Source: Candidatus Methanoperedenaceae archaeon GB37
GTDB lineage: Archaea; Halobacteriota; Methanosarcinia; Methanosarcinales; EX4572-44
Direction of reading: 5' to 3'
Assembly: GCA_905171695.1 (NCBI GenBank)
Contig: LR991653.1
Span: forward strand, 1,338,150 to 1,402,149
Length of the DNA: 64,000 nt
Part shown: positions 1-9,110 of the stretch, piece by piece
Layout of the letters: the number at the start of each line of letters is the position of its first letter
How positions within the stretch are numbered: position 1 is the stretch's first letter
Position numbers and translations under genes: made by a program
Notes under the pieces: generated by a model
What the model saw: only the letters and a program-made list of their open reading frames with translations
What the model was told of the DNA's origin: nothing
The model's database searches: none

Positions 1-858
1 GATTGCTGTTATTTTGATTCCAAGTCTTCCGAATAGGGAGACGTACATTGAAACGCTGAATTTGATGTAGATTAGCGTTATTATGATCATGCTTCCAATT
101 AGAAGCGTCAATATCGCTTCTTTCTCTGTTATGATTCCCTCGGTTAGGAACGATCCGATGATTGCATATCCGACTGAGTAGTGTATGAACTGTCCTGCGA
201 GGGCTGCTGCACACTCGCCTGGGATTCCAAGTAGCCTGAGCAGGGGATCGAAGAGGATAGAGATCTGATTCATCAAGCCGTGGTCAAGTAAGAGACCGAT
301 TGAGTATATGGTTATTATGAGAAGTGGTATTATCTTTTTTAGCGTTGGATACGATGCTTTAAGTCCTTTTTTGATCGTGTCTCTCTCTAATGTGAGTCTT
401 TCAGGGTTGTTCTTGATCTGTATTCTCCGTGGTGGAAGGGCTATCTTCGAGTAGATCAATGCCCAGGTGGTCTGTATGAGGGCTGCAAAGAGGTTCAGCA
501 CGATATAGATTCCGCCAACTATAGGTCCGAGTATTACGAGTGCTGCCGGTGCCTGCACTCTGAAGAGTGATTCGCCGAGAACGACCGGGAATGTCCCCAT
601 CACAACGGTTATGATTGTTTCATCTTCTGTTATCTCGCCCCTTCTGTAGAGCTCGGCGAGGGTTGATTTGCCTGCGGTTGCGCTTAAGAGCGTTGTGAAG
701 AGTGAGAGGATGCAGGTCTCTGGGAGGTTGGAAGCTTTGCAGAGTGGTTTTACGAGTGGAGATAGTCTTGATGGGATATTTGTCTCGACGAGAATGTTTG
801 CAAGTACCACACCCACTGTGACAAGTATCACGCTCTGGAAGAGGTACTTTATGAGCAT
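1..858 (-). CDS. Multi-pass membrane protein, nucleoside-recognition (Gate)-domain-like; 3' end runs off the window start
   Basis: Not in the ORF track because it is open at the window edge. My own translation from the ATG at 858-856 gives MLIKYLFQSVILVTVGVVLANILVETNIPSRLSPLVKPLCK...LLGIPGECAAALAGQFIHYSVGYAIIGSFL... It is hydrophobic throughout with no stop down to position 1. Confidence 0.45.
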   Translation of the reverse strand, partial: MLIKYLFQSVILVTVGVVLANILVETNIPSRLSPLVKPLCKASNLPETCILSLFTTLLSATAGKSTLAELYRRGEITEDETIITVVMGTFPVVLGESLFRVQAPAALVILGPIVGGIYIVLNLFAALIQTTWALIYSKIALPPRRIQIKNNPERLTLERDTIKKGLKASYPTLKKIIPLLIITIYSIGLLLDHGLMNQISILFDPLLRLLGIPGECAAALAGQFIHYSVGYAIIGSFLTEGIITEKEAILTLLIGSMIIITLIYIKFSVSMYVSLFGRLGIKITAI

Positions 859-2850
859 ACACTTCGTATGGAGCCTGCGATTGCATCAGCTTTCATCTCC
901 TCGAGTTTGAAGTATCTCGCCTTGAACGCATCTGCAAGCTCTCGTGCTGTGCCAAGGTCGAGGAGTCCCTCGGTCGTATCGATCAGAACCGTTTCGATCT
1001 CATCGTCCACGATCGAGGAGGCGAGTTCCTTTGCTTCTTCGATCGGATTCTTTCCAGAGATGCTCACGTTCGCCCGCCCATCAGAGATCAGAACCATGAG
1101 GGGGGATGTATCTCTATTTTTCAAGAGTTCTTGCTTCAGAAGCTGATATCCTTTAAGAATTCCATGAGAGAGTGGTGTTCTTCCACCTGTTGGAAGATTA
1201 ACAAGGAGTTTTTCTGCAAGCTCCACGCTCGCGGTTGGAGCAAGGAGGAGATCTGCTCTATCCTTTCTGAATGTCACAAGTCCCACCCGGTCACGCCTGA
1301 TGTATGCGTCTTTGATGAGTGAGAGGATCGCACCTTTTGCTGCGACCATTCGCTCCTTCACACCCATCGAGCCTGAGGCGTCGACAACGAATAGGATCGT
1401 GTTACCGATCTTTCGCTCACGCACCTTCTCCCGAATGTCAGAAGGGTGGAGCGCGATCGCTCTATCACCCTTATCTCGACTCTTGAACCCTGGGTCTCCA
1501 CACGCTGCCCTTATGGTGGCATCGAACGCAACATCCCTACCCATGACCTCCCCTCTCGGGATTCTGCTCCGCACGTATCTTCCCCTCTTTGAGAGCGTCT
1601 TTGTTCGTCTTCCGCTCCCATTCCTCGTTATCCTATCCCGCTTGCTTGAGATCGGTTTAACCCTGAACGTATCCCCCACCGGGAATAGCTCCTCGCCCCC
1701 CTCACGTGCCTCCTCCTCTCCTTCACCCTGCTTTTCACCTTCATCCTCGCCTCTCTCCCCTCTACCCATATCATCCTCGCTCTTCTCATCGTTCGAGTCT
1801 TCTTTATTCTTTTTGTATCGTTCAATCGAGTCATCGATCATATTCTGGTCTATCTTTCCCTCTTCAAACGGCTTCTTTCGCATCCGGTGTGTGAGGACGA
1901 GCTCTGCGACCGCTCTCACGTCATCCTCAATGACTTCACACCGCCCCTCATACGCTGCGAATGCAGTTGCTGCCTTTGCAAGTGTTATATCTGCTCTGTG
2001 ACCATCAACCCCGCAATCGATGCAGAGGGATGCGATAAGCTCAAGTATATCATCAGGGACGAAGACCTCTGATAAGATCTCTTTTGCCCTGAGGATCCTC
2101 TCTCTGATGATCCTATCATCCCTCTCCCATGCCCTTTCAAAGGCAAACGGGTCCTCTTCGAAACTCTTCCTCCTTTTTATAACCTCAACTCTCTCTTTGA
2201 GGTCTTTTATCCCTTCAATCTCGGCGCAAAGACCGAATCGGTCGAGAAGCTGTGGTCTGAGTTCTCCCTCTTCAGGGTTCATCGTTCCAACAAGGATGAA
2301 GTGCGCCGGATGCGAGAACGAGACCCCTTCACGCTCAACGATAGTTGACGCCCATCGCAGCAGAAGTCGAGGAGTATGTCAACGATGTGATCATCGAGCA
2401 GGTTCACCTCATCAACATAGAGTATCCCGCGATGTGCCTCAGAGAGAACACCCGGCTCGAACCGCTTCTCACCCTCCTTAATCACATGCTCTATGTCAAG
2501 CGTTCCAACGACCCGATCCTCTGTCGCATTTATCGGAAGGTCAACAACCCTCATCGGCTCTCTCGTAACCTTCGAACTCCTCCCCTGCCTCGAAGCCGTG
2601 CTATGCACGAGGAGCACATCTCATGCCGATCGATCGGACTGCATCTGAAAGGACAGTCCTTGACAACATCGATCTCTGGAAGAAGATGAGCCAGCGCCCG
2701 CACAGCAGTCGACTTTGCAGTTCCCTTCTCGCCCCTGATAAGCACTCCACCGAGCTTTGGATCTATCACATTGAGTATGAGTGCCCGCTTCATCCGTTCC
2801 TGCCCAACGATAGCACTGAATGTGTACACCGATCTCTCAAAACACGTCAT
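849..2850 (-). pseudogene. ChlI/ChlD-type chelatase subunit (AAA+ ATPase fused to an acidic linker and VWA domain), broken by frameshifts
   Basis: Three consecutive ORFs in three frames (2850-2551, 2617-2279, 2282-849) together read as one ChlI/BchD-like protein: [38 protein letters not shown]; [40 protein letters not shown]; then SAAMGVNYR in a third frame; then [36 protein letters not shown]; an E/D-rich linker; and VWA MIDAS ILFVVDASGSMG. Confidence 0.75.
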
Positions 2851-2992
2851 CTTCTAAACCTCATACTTACTTTTTACTTCATTCAGTTAAAAATGTTGCT
2901 ACTGCATAATCTCTCCTTCGGAGCCATCTACTTGAAAAGATTTATAAGGGTTTAAATAGGCGTAGTGTTGTACATGTTGGTTGTGATATATA

Positions 2993-3559
2993 ATGTCCAA
3001 ACTTGATGAAGCTAAGAGATCGATCAAGATCGAGAACGTTGTTGCCTCCAGTTCTGTAGGTACCACACTCGACCTTCAGGAGGTCATCAAGGTTCTCGAA
3101 AACGCTGATTATAACAAGGAGCGATTTCCTGGAGTGGTCTATCGCACCACCAATCCAAAGACGGCTGCACTCATATTTGGGAGCGGAAAGATCGTGTGTA
3201 CTGGTGCAAAGAGCATACCCGACGTCAATAAAGGCCTTGAACAGGTCTTCGATCGCATACGCAAGACAGGTGTTGAGATACTGGACAAGCCAGAGGTCAC
3301 AGTTCAGAACATCGTAGCCTCTGCCAACATCGGTTCTGTCCTCAATCTCAACGGCATTGCTATTGGATTGGGGCTTGAAAACATTGAATACGAGCCAGAG
3401 CAGTTCCCAGGTCTTGTCTATCGGCTAAAAGAGCCAAAAGTTGTAATGCTCTTATTTGGCAGCGGAAAACTGGTGGTTACAGGTGGAAAGAAGGTAACAG
3501 ACGCCGAAGATGCTGTAACCAAGGTTATGGAAGAACTTGAGAACCTGAAATTGCTCTGA
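2993..3559 (+). CDS. tbp: TATA-box-binding protein
   Basis: 188 aa with the two direct TBP repeats: IENVVASSSVGTTLDLQEV...FPGVVYRTTNPKTAALIFGSGKIVCTGAKS and VQNIVASANIGSVLNLNGI...FPGLVYRLKEPKVVMLLFGSGKLVVTGGK. Confidence 0.95.
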   Translation: MSKLDEAKRSIKIENVVASSSVGTTLDLQEVIKVLENADYNKERFPGVVYRTTNPKTAALIFGSGKIVCTGAKSIPDVNKGLEQVFDRIRKTGVEILDKPEVTVQNIVASANIGSVLNLNGIAIGLGLENIEYEPEQFPGLVYRLKEPKVVMLLFGSGKLVVTGGKKVTDAEDAVTKVMEELENLKLL

Positions 3560-3586
3560 AAGAATATAACCAAGTTCTCAAGTGTT

Positions 3587-4426
3587 ATGGACGGTCTCCC
3601 GATACTCGACGACCACATGCACCTCGATCGGCGAGGCAGATTCCTAGCCGCGGCACGAGAGTTTGCCAGATCTGGCGGAACCCACATAATCCTCGTCTCA
3701 AAACCGCCATCGACGATCAATATCAAGATCGCCAAGCCAGACGACTATCGAGAGGTCTTCGACGAGACACTCACAATAGCCGAGAGAGTGAGAGAGACAG
3801 GGATAGAGGTCTTCGTCATACTCGGCGTCCACCCAGCCGAGATAACCCGGTTGACAAGAGAGAGAGGGCTCGAGAATGCCGTAGAGATGATGAAAGACGG
3901 ACTTAGAATCGCAGGTGGATACGTCGAAGAGGGGCTTGCGATCGGGCTTAAATCGGGGCGACCACACTACCCGGTCCCGGAAGACGTCTGGAGAGGATCG
4001 AATCAGATAATGGAGCATGCAATGATACTTGCAAAGGAACTCGACTGCGCCATCCAGCTTCACACCGAAGAGACAAGTGAGAAGGGACTGCGCGAGATAA
4101 AAGAGATGATGAAGAGAAGTGGGATACCGCCTGATCGCACAGTAAAGCACTACGCATCACCACTGCTGAAGGAGTTTGAAAGAGCAGAGATCTATCCAAG
4201 TATCATCGCAAGAGAGAAGAATATCGAAGAAGCCCTCCAGAACGGCACACGCTTCATGATGGAGACAGATTACATCGACGACCCAAGCCACCCAGGAGTC
4301 GTTCTCGGACCAAGAACCGTTCCAAAGAGGACGAATAAACTGATCAAAATATATGGCACAGAACCATTCTACAGAGTACACAAAGAGAACCCAGAGAGAG
4401 TATACCAGATAGAGATAGACCTATAA
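3587..4426 (+). CDS. TatD-family metal-dependent hydrolase
   Basis: 279 aa. It has the N-terminal LDDHMHLD metal-binding motif and later His/Glu/Asp positions (IQLHTEE, METDYIDD) typical of the TatD/amidohydrolase fold. Confidence 0.6.
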   Translation: MDGLPILDDHMHLDRRGRFLAAAREFARSGGTHIILVSKPPSTINIKIAKPDDYREVFDETLTIAERVRETGIEVFVILGVHPAEITRLTRERGLENAVEMMKDGLRIAGGYVEEGLAIGLKSGRPHYPVPEDVWRGSNQIMEHAMILAKELDCAIQLHTEETSEKGLREIKEMMKRSGIPPDRTVKHYASPLLKEFERAEIYPSIIAREKNIEEALQNGTRFMMETDYIDDPSHPGVVLGPRTVPKRTNKLIKIYGTEPFYRVHKENPERVYQIEIDL

Positions 4427-4443
4427 AACCAGGACTCGAAGCA

Positions 4444-4520
4444 GGGCTCGTAGTATAGCCTGGAGAGTACACTGGCCTCCGGAGCCTGAAACCCGGGTTC
4501 AAATCCCGGCGAGCCCACCA
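4444..4520 (+). tRNA. tRNA-Arg (anticodon CCG), CCA encoded
   Basis: Acceptor GGGCTCG/CGAGCCC; anticodon arm CTGGC-CTCCGGA-GCCTG (one U-U mismatch; loop has T33, CCG, G37); T arm CCGGG-TTCAAAT-CCCGG; discriminator A followed by CCA. Confidence 0.85.
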
Positions 4521-4579
4521 TAAAAATACCCCCTAAAACAACTCAAGTCATAGAATACCTTCATAGAACGGTAGTCACT

Positions 4580-4704
4580 GACCTCTAAATAGAGGGACGC
4601 CCGACAAATCAAAATTTCAAGGAAAATAGAGCATATTAGAGATTTTAAATCAAAAAGTAAATTTTTATAACTATTAGTGATTGCCGGGCATTCTTATAGA
4701 GGTC
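4580..4704. repeat. Imperfect inverted repeat pair flanking about 75 bp of AT-rich DNA (MITE-like or hairpin)
   Basis: GACCTCTAAATAGAGGGACGCCCGACAA (4580-4607) versus the reverse complement of TTGCCGGGCATTCTTATAGAGGTC (4681-4704). The outer GACCTCTA and inner GCCCGnCAA blocks match. Confidence 0.4.
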
Positions 4705-5033
4705 GGGGTATTTGGGAGGATGCTCATGAATTATATTTTGATATGATTATTTGTTATCTGATGCCAAATGAGGCGCAAATATGCGATTTATAATGAAGTA
4801 ATGACGAAACCATTGAGGGAAACGTTACCCTAAGACATATAGATTCTATAGTATTATTATGTAAATAATAATTTCACTCTACGTTTTAAGGGTTGTTAAC
4901 TTGCGTGGTGTTACCTTTGAAACTTTGCAATCTCTGCAATCTCTGCATATTCAAACCCGAGACAGAACCCAAAATACCTCAAATCAACAACGAACTCAAA
5001 ACAGTGTCAACATCATATACCATGACAGTACCG

Positions 5034-5610
5034 CATTTTATGCTGTGTTGAACAATTGGCTGAGAAGCTTCCTGGAATAAACCTTCAATAGTTTTTGCTC
5101 TGGATGTTTCTCCAAATGCTCTTTTAACTCCAGAAAAGAAGGCTTCAGATGCTCATCTCTTGCCATGTCTATACTTATCTCTCCAGGCTTCATATCCGAG
5201 TCTCTCCATTTCTCTCACCGTCTTGGTTCTTGATGGAGATCCCCTTGCTTTTGTGGATGAGTTCTTTCTCGTCTTTATTACTGCCTTGATCTTCTCTTCA
5301 TCAAGAAAGGTTGAAGTTATCTTACTATCATATACCTCCATTGCCATTGATACTCTTCTTAGTCTCTCTCACCAGCGCTATTAAGCATCTTTCCATCACC
5401 GGTTCTTTCATCCTCCAAAGCCAAAAGCCTCTCTTTCTTTTCACATCAACAAGCGATTGTGAACCTTGATCCAACCTTTATGTACTCTCCATTTATGTCT
5501 GATCCACTCTCCTCTACCTGTAACACACCAGATGAACCAATAGCAATAACGACATTCTCCAGATTTTCTATAGTATTCGGACAGTTTTCTTATAAAACTT
5601 TCTATCTGCC
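5034..5610 (-). mobile_element. Truncated IS5/IS4-type IS copy (fragment B), C-terminal transposase part only
   Basis: Starts with GCATTTTA+TGCTGTGTTGAACAATT, the same as the left end of the copy at 6767. ORF 5153-5347(-) ...NSSTKARGSPSRTKTVREMERLGYEAWRDKYRHGKR parallels the C-terminus of the 7007-7729 transposase. It is cut at 5610 by another IS end. Confidence 0.7.
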
Positions 5611-6766
5611 TGCTGTGTTGACCAAATGAGAAGATTTATTCGTATTCTTAATAATAAAATTATAAAAATAAGTAAATTTTATGGTATTGGATTTATTATC
5701 ACTATCAGGAGATTATTAACTCAAGAAATGAAACATATAAGATGGGGTAAAAAATTCGAAGATAAGAGAGACTGGAAGTAATATAACGGGAAGTAATATA
5801 ACGGGAAGTAATATAACGGGAAGTAATATAACGAGACGTTGGTCAGACGTGGAGAACTCTACCTCTCATTCGGTTTTCTGGATAGTTGGGATGATGAACT
5901 TGCTATAGATGAATGCGGGCAAAAGAGGAGCACCTTTCTCATACCCAGATCAGTTCGTTGCTTTTATGGGATTTATATATTCGATATTTCATATTCCCTA
6001 CAGGCAAATGGAAGGATTCTTGAGGAAACTTTCAGGTTTAGTTTCCCGAGACATAACAGCGGATTACACGACTTTATTCAAACGTATATCAAAAATGAAC
6101 TTTGATCTCCCAGAGACGATCTCGGAAGAAGAAGACGATATAGTAATAGCCGTAGATCTATCTGGTGTAAAGGTTACAAATCGTGGAGAGTGGATGAGAG
6201 AAAAATGGAGAGTGTACATGGGAGGGATCAAGGTACATATAGCAGTAGATATCAGCACTAAAGAGACTCTGGCTATTGAAGTAACAGATGAGACCGTGTA
6301 ACTGAGAGTGAAAAACTCGATAATCTTATAGATCAGGGAGGGGAGAACATAATATAGGAGGTAAGAAAATAAAACGTGTTTTGGGAGACGGTTGTCATGA
6401 CGATCGAGATTGCTTCAATACCCTGGATAAAAAGAAGATAGAATCTGGAATAAAAACACGAATTAATCCAAGTACGAGGCCGAGAAGACCGCCATACAGA
6501 GCTAAACGTGTTAGAGAAAAGAGAGAACTTGGTGACTACAAAGGTTGACGAGGCAAATATGAATATGGCAAACACCGGATCGTAGAAAGCGTACTCTCCG
6601 CTGTTAAAAGAATATTTGGCGAGATAGTGAGAACGACCAGCATCGAGGGAATCTTCAAAGAAGCAAAAATGAAGTTTAATTTGCTACAATATATTGTTGA
6701 ACTACGTATAGATTTAAAGAGAGTAAGAGAGGAAGTCAGAAAACTAAAGATTTATTCAACACAGCA
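5611..6766 (+). mobile_element. Degraded IS5/IS4-type IS copy (copy C) inserted into fragment B
   Basis: Ends are TGCTGTGTTGACCAAAT (5611) and TTATTCAACACAGCA (6752-6766). The interior encodes broken pieces homologous to the 7007-7729 transposase (LVRRGELYLSFGFLDSWDDEL; GKRGAPFSYPDQFVAFMGFIYSIFHIPYRQMEGFLRKLS...IVIAVDLSGVKVTNRGEWMREKW) with stops and frameshifts. Confidence 0.7.
5774..5833 (+). repeat. Perfect 4 x 15-bp tandem repeat (GGAAGTAATATAACG) inside the degraded transposase 5' region
   Basis: Read directly: units at 5774-5788, 5789-5803, 5804-5818 and 5819-5833. The unit corresponds to the W-K-E-Y-N codons of the intact homologue (KRNWKEYNEKLVRRGEL) but carries a TAA. Confidence 0.95.
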
Positions 6767-7784
6767 GCATTTTATGCTGTGTTGAACAATTAGCTGGATG
6801 GGGTATATCTTCAGGTAATTGTTTCTCTGAGAATGTAAGTTTAAACACTTATGAGCATGTTGTAGAAGATGAATTTCATCTTTACTTCTTGAAATAAAGC
6901 TTCTGTAGATCTTGCTCTGCATGTCTCTCCAAATACTCTTTTAACACCAGAGAAGAAACTCTCTGTTGTCCATCTGCAGCCATACCTGTATTTATCTTTC
7001 CATCTTTCATGACCTAACTCTTTTGGGTTCTCTTACTCTCTTAGCTCTGGATGGAGAGCCTCTTGACTTAGTTGAAGAGTTACTTCTTATCTTGATCACT
7101 GGTTCTACATTATTTTCAGCAAGATAATTGAAATTCTCTCTGCTATCATAACCTCCATCACCATATACCCTACTTATCTCTCCACCTCTTCCTTTAATTT
7201 GCTTTACCAGAGGTTTTAACATCTTTCCATCACCTGTTCTTTCATCTGTTATCTTTAAGGCTAAGAGTTTCCTTGTTTTAACGTCTATAGCAATATGAAC
7301 CTTAATCCAACCCTTTCTCGTTTTCCATTTATGTCTGATCCACTCTCCTCTATTCGTTATCTTCATACCAGACGAATCTATTGCAACTACAAGATCTTCT
7401 CCAAGATTACTAGAGAGTTCAAAGTCTAGTTTCCTCAACCTCTTACAAACAGTGGAATAATCAGCTACCTTTAACTCAGGTATATATTCTGATAATTTCC
7501 TCAAAAATCCTTCCATTTGTCTTAATGGAAGGAAAGCTACATGCAAGAAAGCTAGAAAACACATAAAGGTTCGAGGAAACCTGAAAGGTCTGCCAACCTT
7601 CCCCTCATTCATCCTATTTAATTCTTCATCCCAGTTCTCAAGGAAATCCAATGAGATATAGAGTTCTCCCCTCCGCACAAGTTTTTCATTATATTCCTTC
7701 CAATTTCTCTTACTCTGCATCCCAATCATCCCTCCTGTAAATGAGAAATACAGGAAGGAAACTTAAGAGTTATTCAACACAGCA
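6767..7784 (-). mobile_element. IS5/IS4-type IS copy (copy A), most complete, about 1 kb
   Basis: Terminal inverted repeats with core TGCTGTGTTGAA (6775-6786) and TTCAACACAGCA (7773-7784). It contains the transposase ORF at 7007-7729. Confidence 0.8.
6841..7729 (-). pseudogene. DDE transposase (IS4/IS5 superfamily) with a 1-nt frameshift near its C-terminus
   Basis: The 240-aa ORF reads MIGMQSKRNWKEYNEKLVRRGELYISLDFLENW...LPLRQMEGFLRKL...VVAIDSSGMKITNRGEWIRHKW...YGDGGYDS and ends ...KRVRS*. The conserved tail GHERWKDKYRYGCRWTTESFFSGVKRVFGE...YNMLISV continues in the +1 frame to 6841. Confidence 0.75.
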
Positions 7785-7787
7785 CTC

Positions 7788-8000
7788 AAGACTATAAAAG
7801 TAATAGTTGAAAAGCATCCTGAAGGATATGTGGCGTATCCTTTGGGGCTAAAAGGTGTAGTGGTTGGTGAAGGTAATACCTACGAGGAGGCACTTGCGGA
7901 TGTGAAGTCAGCTATCAAATTTCACATGGAAACCTTTGGAAGAGAGGTTTTTGAAAGTGAAGAGATTATGGAAACCTTTGTTGTAGAAGTGGCAGTGTAA
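7788..8000 (+). pseudogene. hicB: HicB-like antitoxin (UPF0150 type) that lost its start codon to the IS insertion
   Basis: Reads KTIKVIVEKHPEGYVAYPLGLKGVVVGEGNTYEEALADVKSAIKFHMETFG... with stop at 7998-8000. There is no in-frame start between the IS end (7784) and this sequence. Confidence 0.6.
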
Positions 8001-8218
8001 TGAAGTTCCCAAAAGATGCCCATAGGTGAAAGGTCATAAAAACATTCGAAAATCTCGGATTTAGAATAGCTAGAATGGGAGAACATATCTCAATGGTGAG
8101 AGAAAATCCAGATGGGACTAAAACTCCTTTAACCATGCCTAACCATGATAGGATAAAAGGTTCGACGCTGAGAGTTATTTGCAGGCAATCAGGTATAAAA
8201 GCGGGAGGAGTTTTTTAA
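8000..8218 (+). pseudogene. hicA: HicA-like mRNA-interferase toxin with an in-frame TGA at codon 10
   Basis: The ATG at 8000 overlaps the hicB stop (TAATG). It reads MKFPKDAHR-TGA(8027-8029)-KVIKTFENLGFRIARMGEHISMVRENPDGTKTPLTMPNHDRIKGSTLRVICRQSGIKAGGVF, which follows the HicA/YcfA pattern. Confidence 0.65.
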
Positions 8219-8236
8219 AAGCTTATGAAGAAACAT

Positions 8237-8277
8237 GAGTAACTTCGCCTAGGCTCGGAACGTTAGCAGAAATTCGG
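8237..8277 (+). repeat. Short-form cassette-junction site (E3): ...GAGTAAC...CGGAAC|GTTAGCAG-AAATTCGG
   Basis: Lies directly after hicA. GTTAGCAG (8262-8269) is the exact reverse complement of CTGCTAAC at 8836-8843. It shares GTTnnnnGAAATTC with the sites at 8852, 15006(-) and 27266. Confidence 0.55.
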
Positions 8278-8332
8278 GGCTCGTTTTTTGAAAAAGAAAG
8301 TTTAATAATTAAATATTGGATTCAAATGCATT

Positions 8333-8749
8333 ATGAATCACAGAAAAATATTGATCGTAAGTTTATTAGTGATCCTAGTCTTATCTAGTGTTTGGTTTGT
8401 TTTTAGTTTGCCTCCAACAAAAGCAACGGTTGAAAAATTTTTAAAAGAAAATAGTCGTAGTCTATCGTCCATTGAAACTGACTATGTTAGTGAATATTAT
8501 TGTGCCGCATATTTGAGAAGACATACAACATTATTAGGCGGACAAATTATTAGTGTCCCAAAATTTACATTTTTATTTGTTTTTACGCCATTTCACTATT
8601 TTAATTACATAGATCCAACTACTTTTGATAATCATGTATATGTTTTTGTTATTACAAGGGATGAAGGAATCTTAGTATACAATCCTGTTAATGGAGAATA
8701 TGTTGGTCGTTATGATGACTTACTTCAAAACATGAAAAACATTTCATGA
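8333..8749 (+). CDS. Hypothetical protein with an N-terminal membrane anchor (AT-rich cassette gene)
   Basis: 138-aa ORF beginning MNHRKILIVSLLVILVLSSVWFVF... I could not recognise a family. Confidence 0.5.
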   Translation: MNHRKILIVSLLVILVLSSVWFVFSLPPTKATVEKFLKENSRSLSSIETDYVSEYYCAAYLRRHTTLLGGQIISVPKFTFLFVFTPFHYFNYIDPTTFDNHVYVFVITRDEGILVYNPVNGEYVGRYDDLLQNMKNIS

Positions 8750-8793
8750 TACTTACATAAATGCATAGTTAAAATTTGTTGGATCGCCTCGAA

Positions 8794-8867
8794 CTCTGCG
8801 ACAACTTCGTTACCTTGCCCTCACTTCGTTCAGGTCTGCTAACCCGAATACGTTGTCCGAAATTCGG
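8794..8867 (+). repeat. Cassette-junction site (E2)
   Basis: CTCTGCGACAACTTCGTTACCTTGCCCTCACTTCG...CTGCTAAC-CCGAATAC-GTTGTCC-GAAATTCGG. The first 35 nt are homologous to 24661-24695 (CTCTGCGGAC...CCTTGCCTCGCCTTCGG). Confidence 0.55.
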
Positions 8868-8911
8868 CTCGGTGGCTTTAAAGATTTGAGAGTGGAAAAA
8901 GGTGAAAAATC

Positions 8912-9087
8912 ATGCTAGATGAGGCAGACACAAGGGTTAAACTGATGTATCTAAAATTGCATGAATCTGGATGGTCAGAAGATTTAATCTAGCTTTAGAG
9001 AGGTATTTTTCAATTGCTGTTGTGGAAGCAAAGGAAGAAGTAAAGCATCATGTAGTAGGAATTATAGAGGCAATGAGTTTTGGTTAG
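8912..9087 (+). pseudogene. Remnant of a type I/III restriction enzyme R-subunit N-terminal (HSDR_N-like) domain
   Basis: MLDEADTRVKLMYLKLHESGWSEDLI* followed by ...FSIAVVEAKEEVKHHVVGIIEAMSFG*. This matches the E-x-DTR-x-K-LI...GW and ...VVEAK... signatures but covers only about 55 codons and is broken by a stop. Confidence 0.4.
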
Positions 9088-9110
9088 GTGGGTTATGTTG
9101 GATACTATAA

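Noticed and set aside
4951-4985. TTCAAACCCGAGACAGAACCCA as a duplicated 3' end of tRNA-Arg (attR of an integrated element).
   Set aside because: It is only a loose match to GTTCAAATCCCGGCGAGCCCACCA, with gaps. This is not convincing without a computed alignment score.
8027-8029. The in-frame TGA in hicA read as selenocysteine or programmed readthrough.
   Set aside because: No SECIS-like structure or any other supporting signal was seen, and the neighbouring antitoxin is also disrupted. The pseudogene explanation is simpler.
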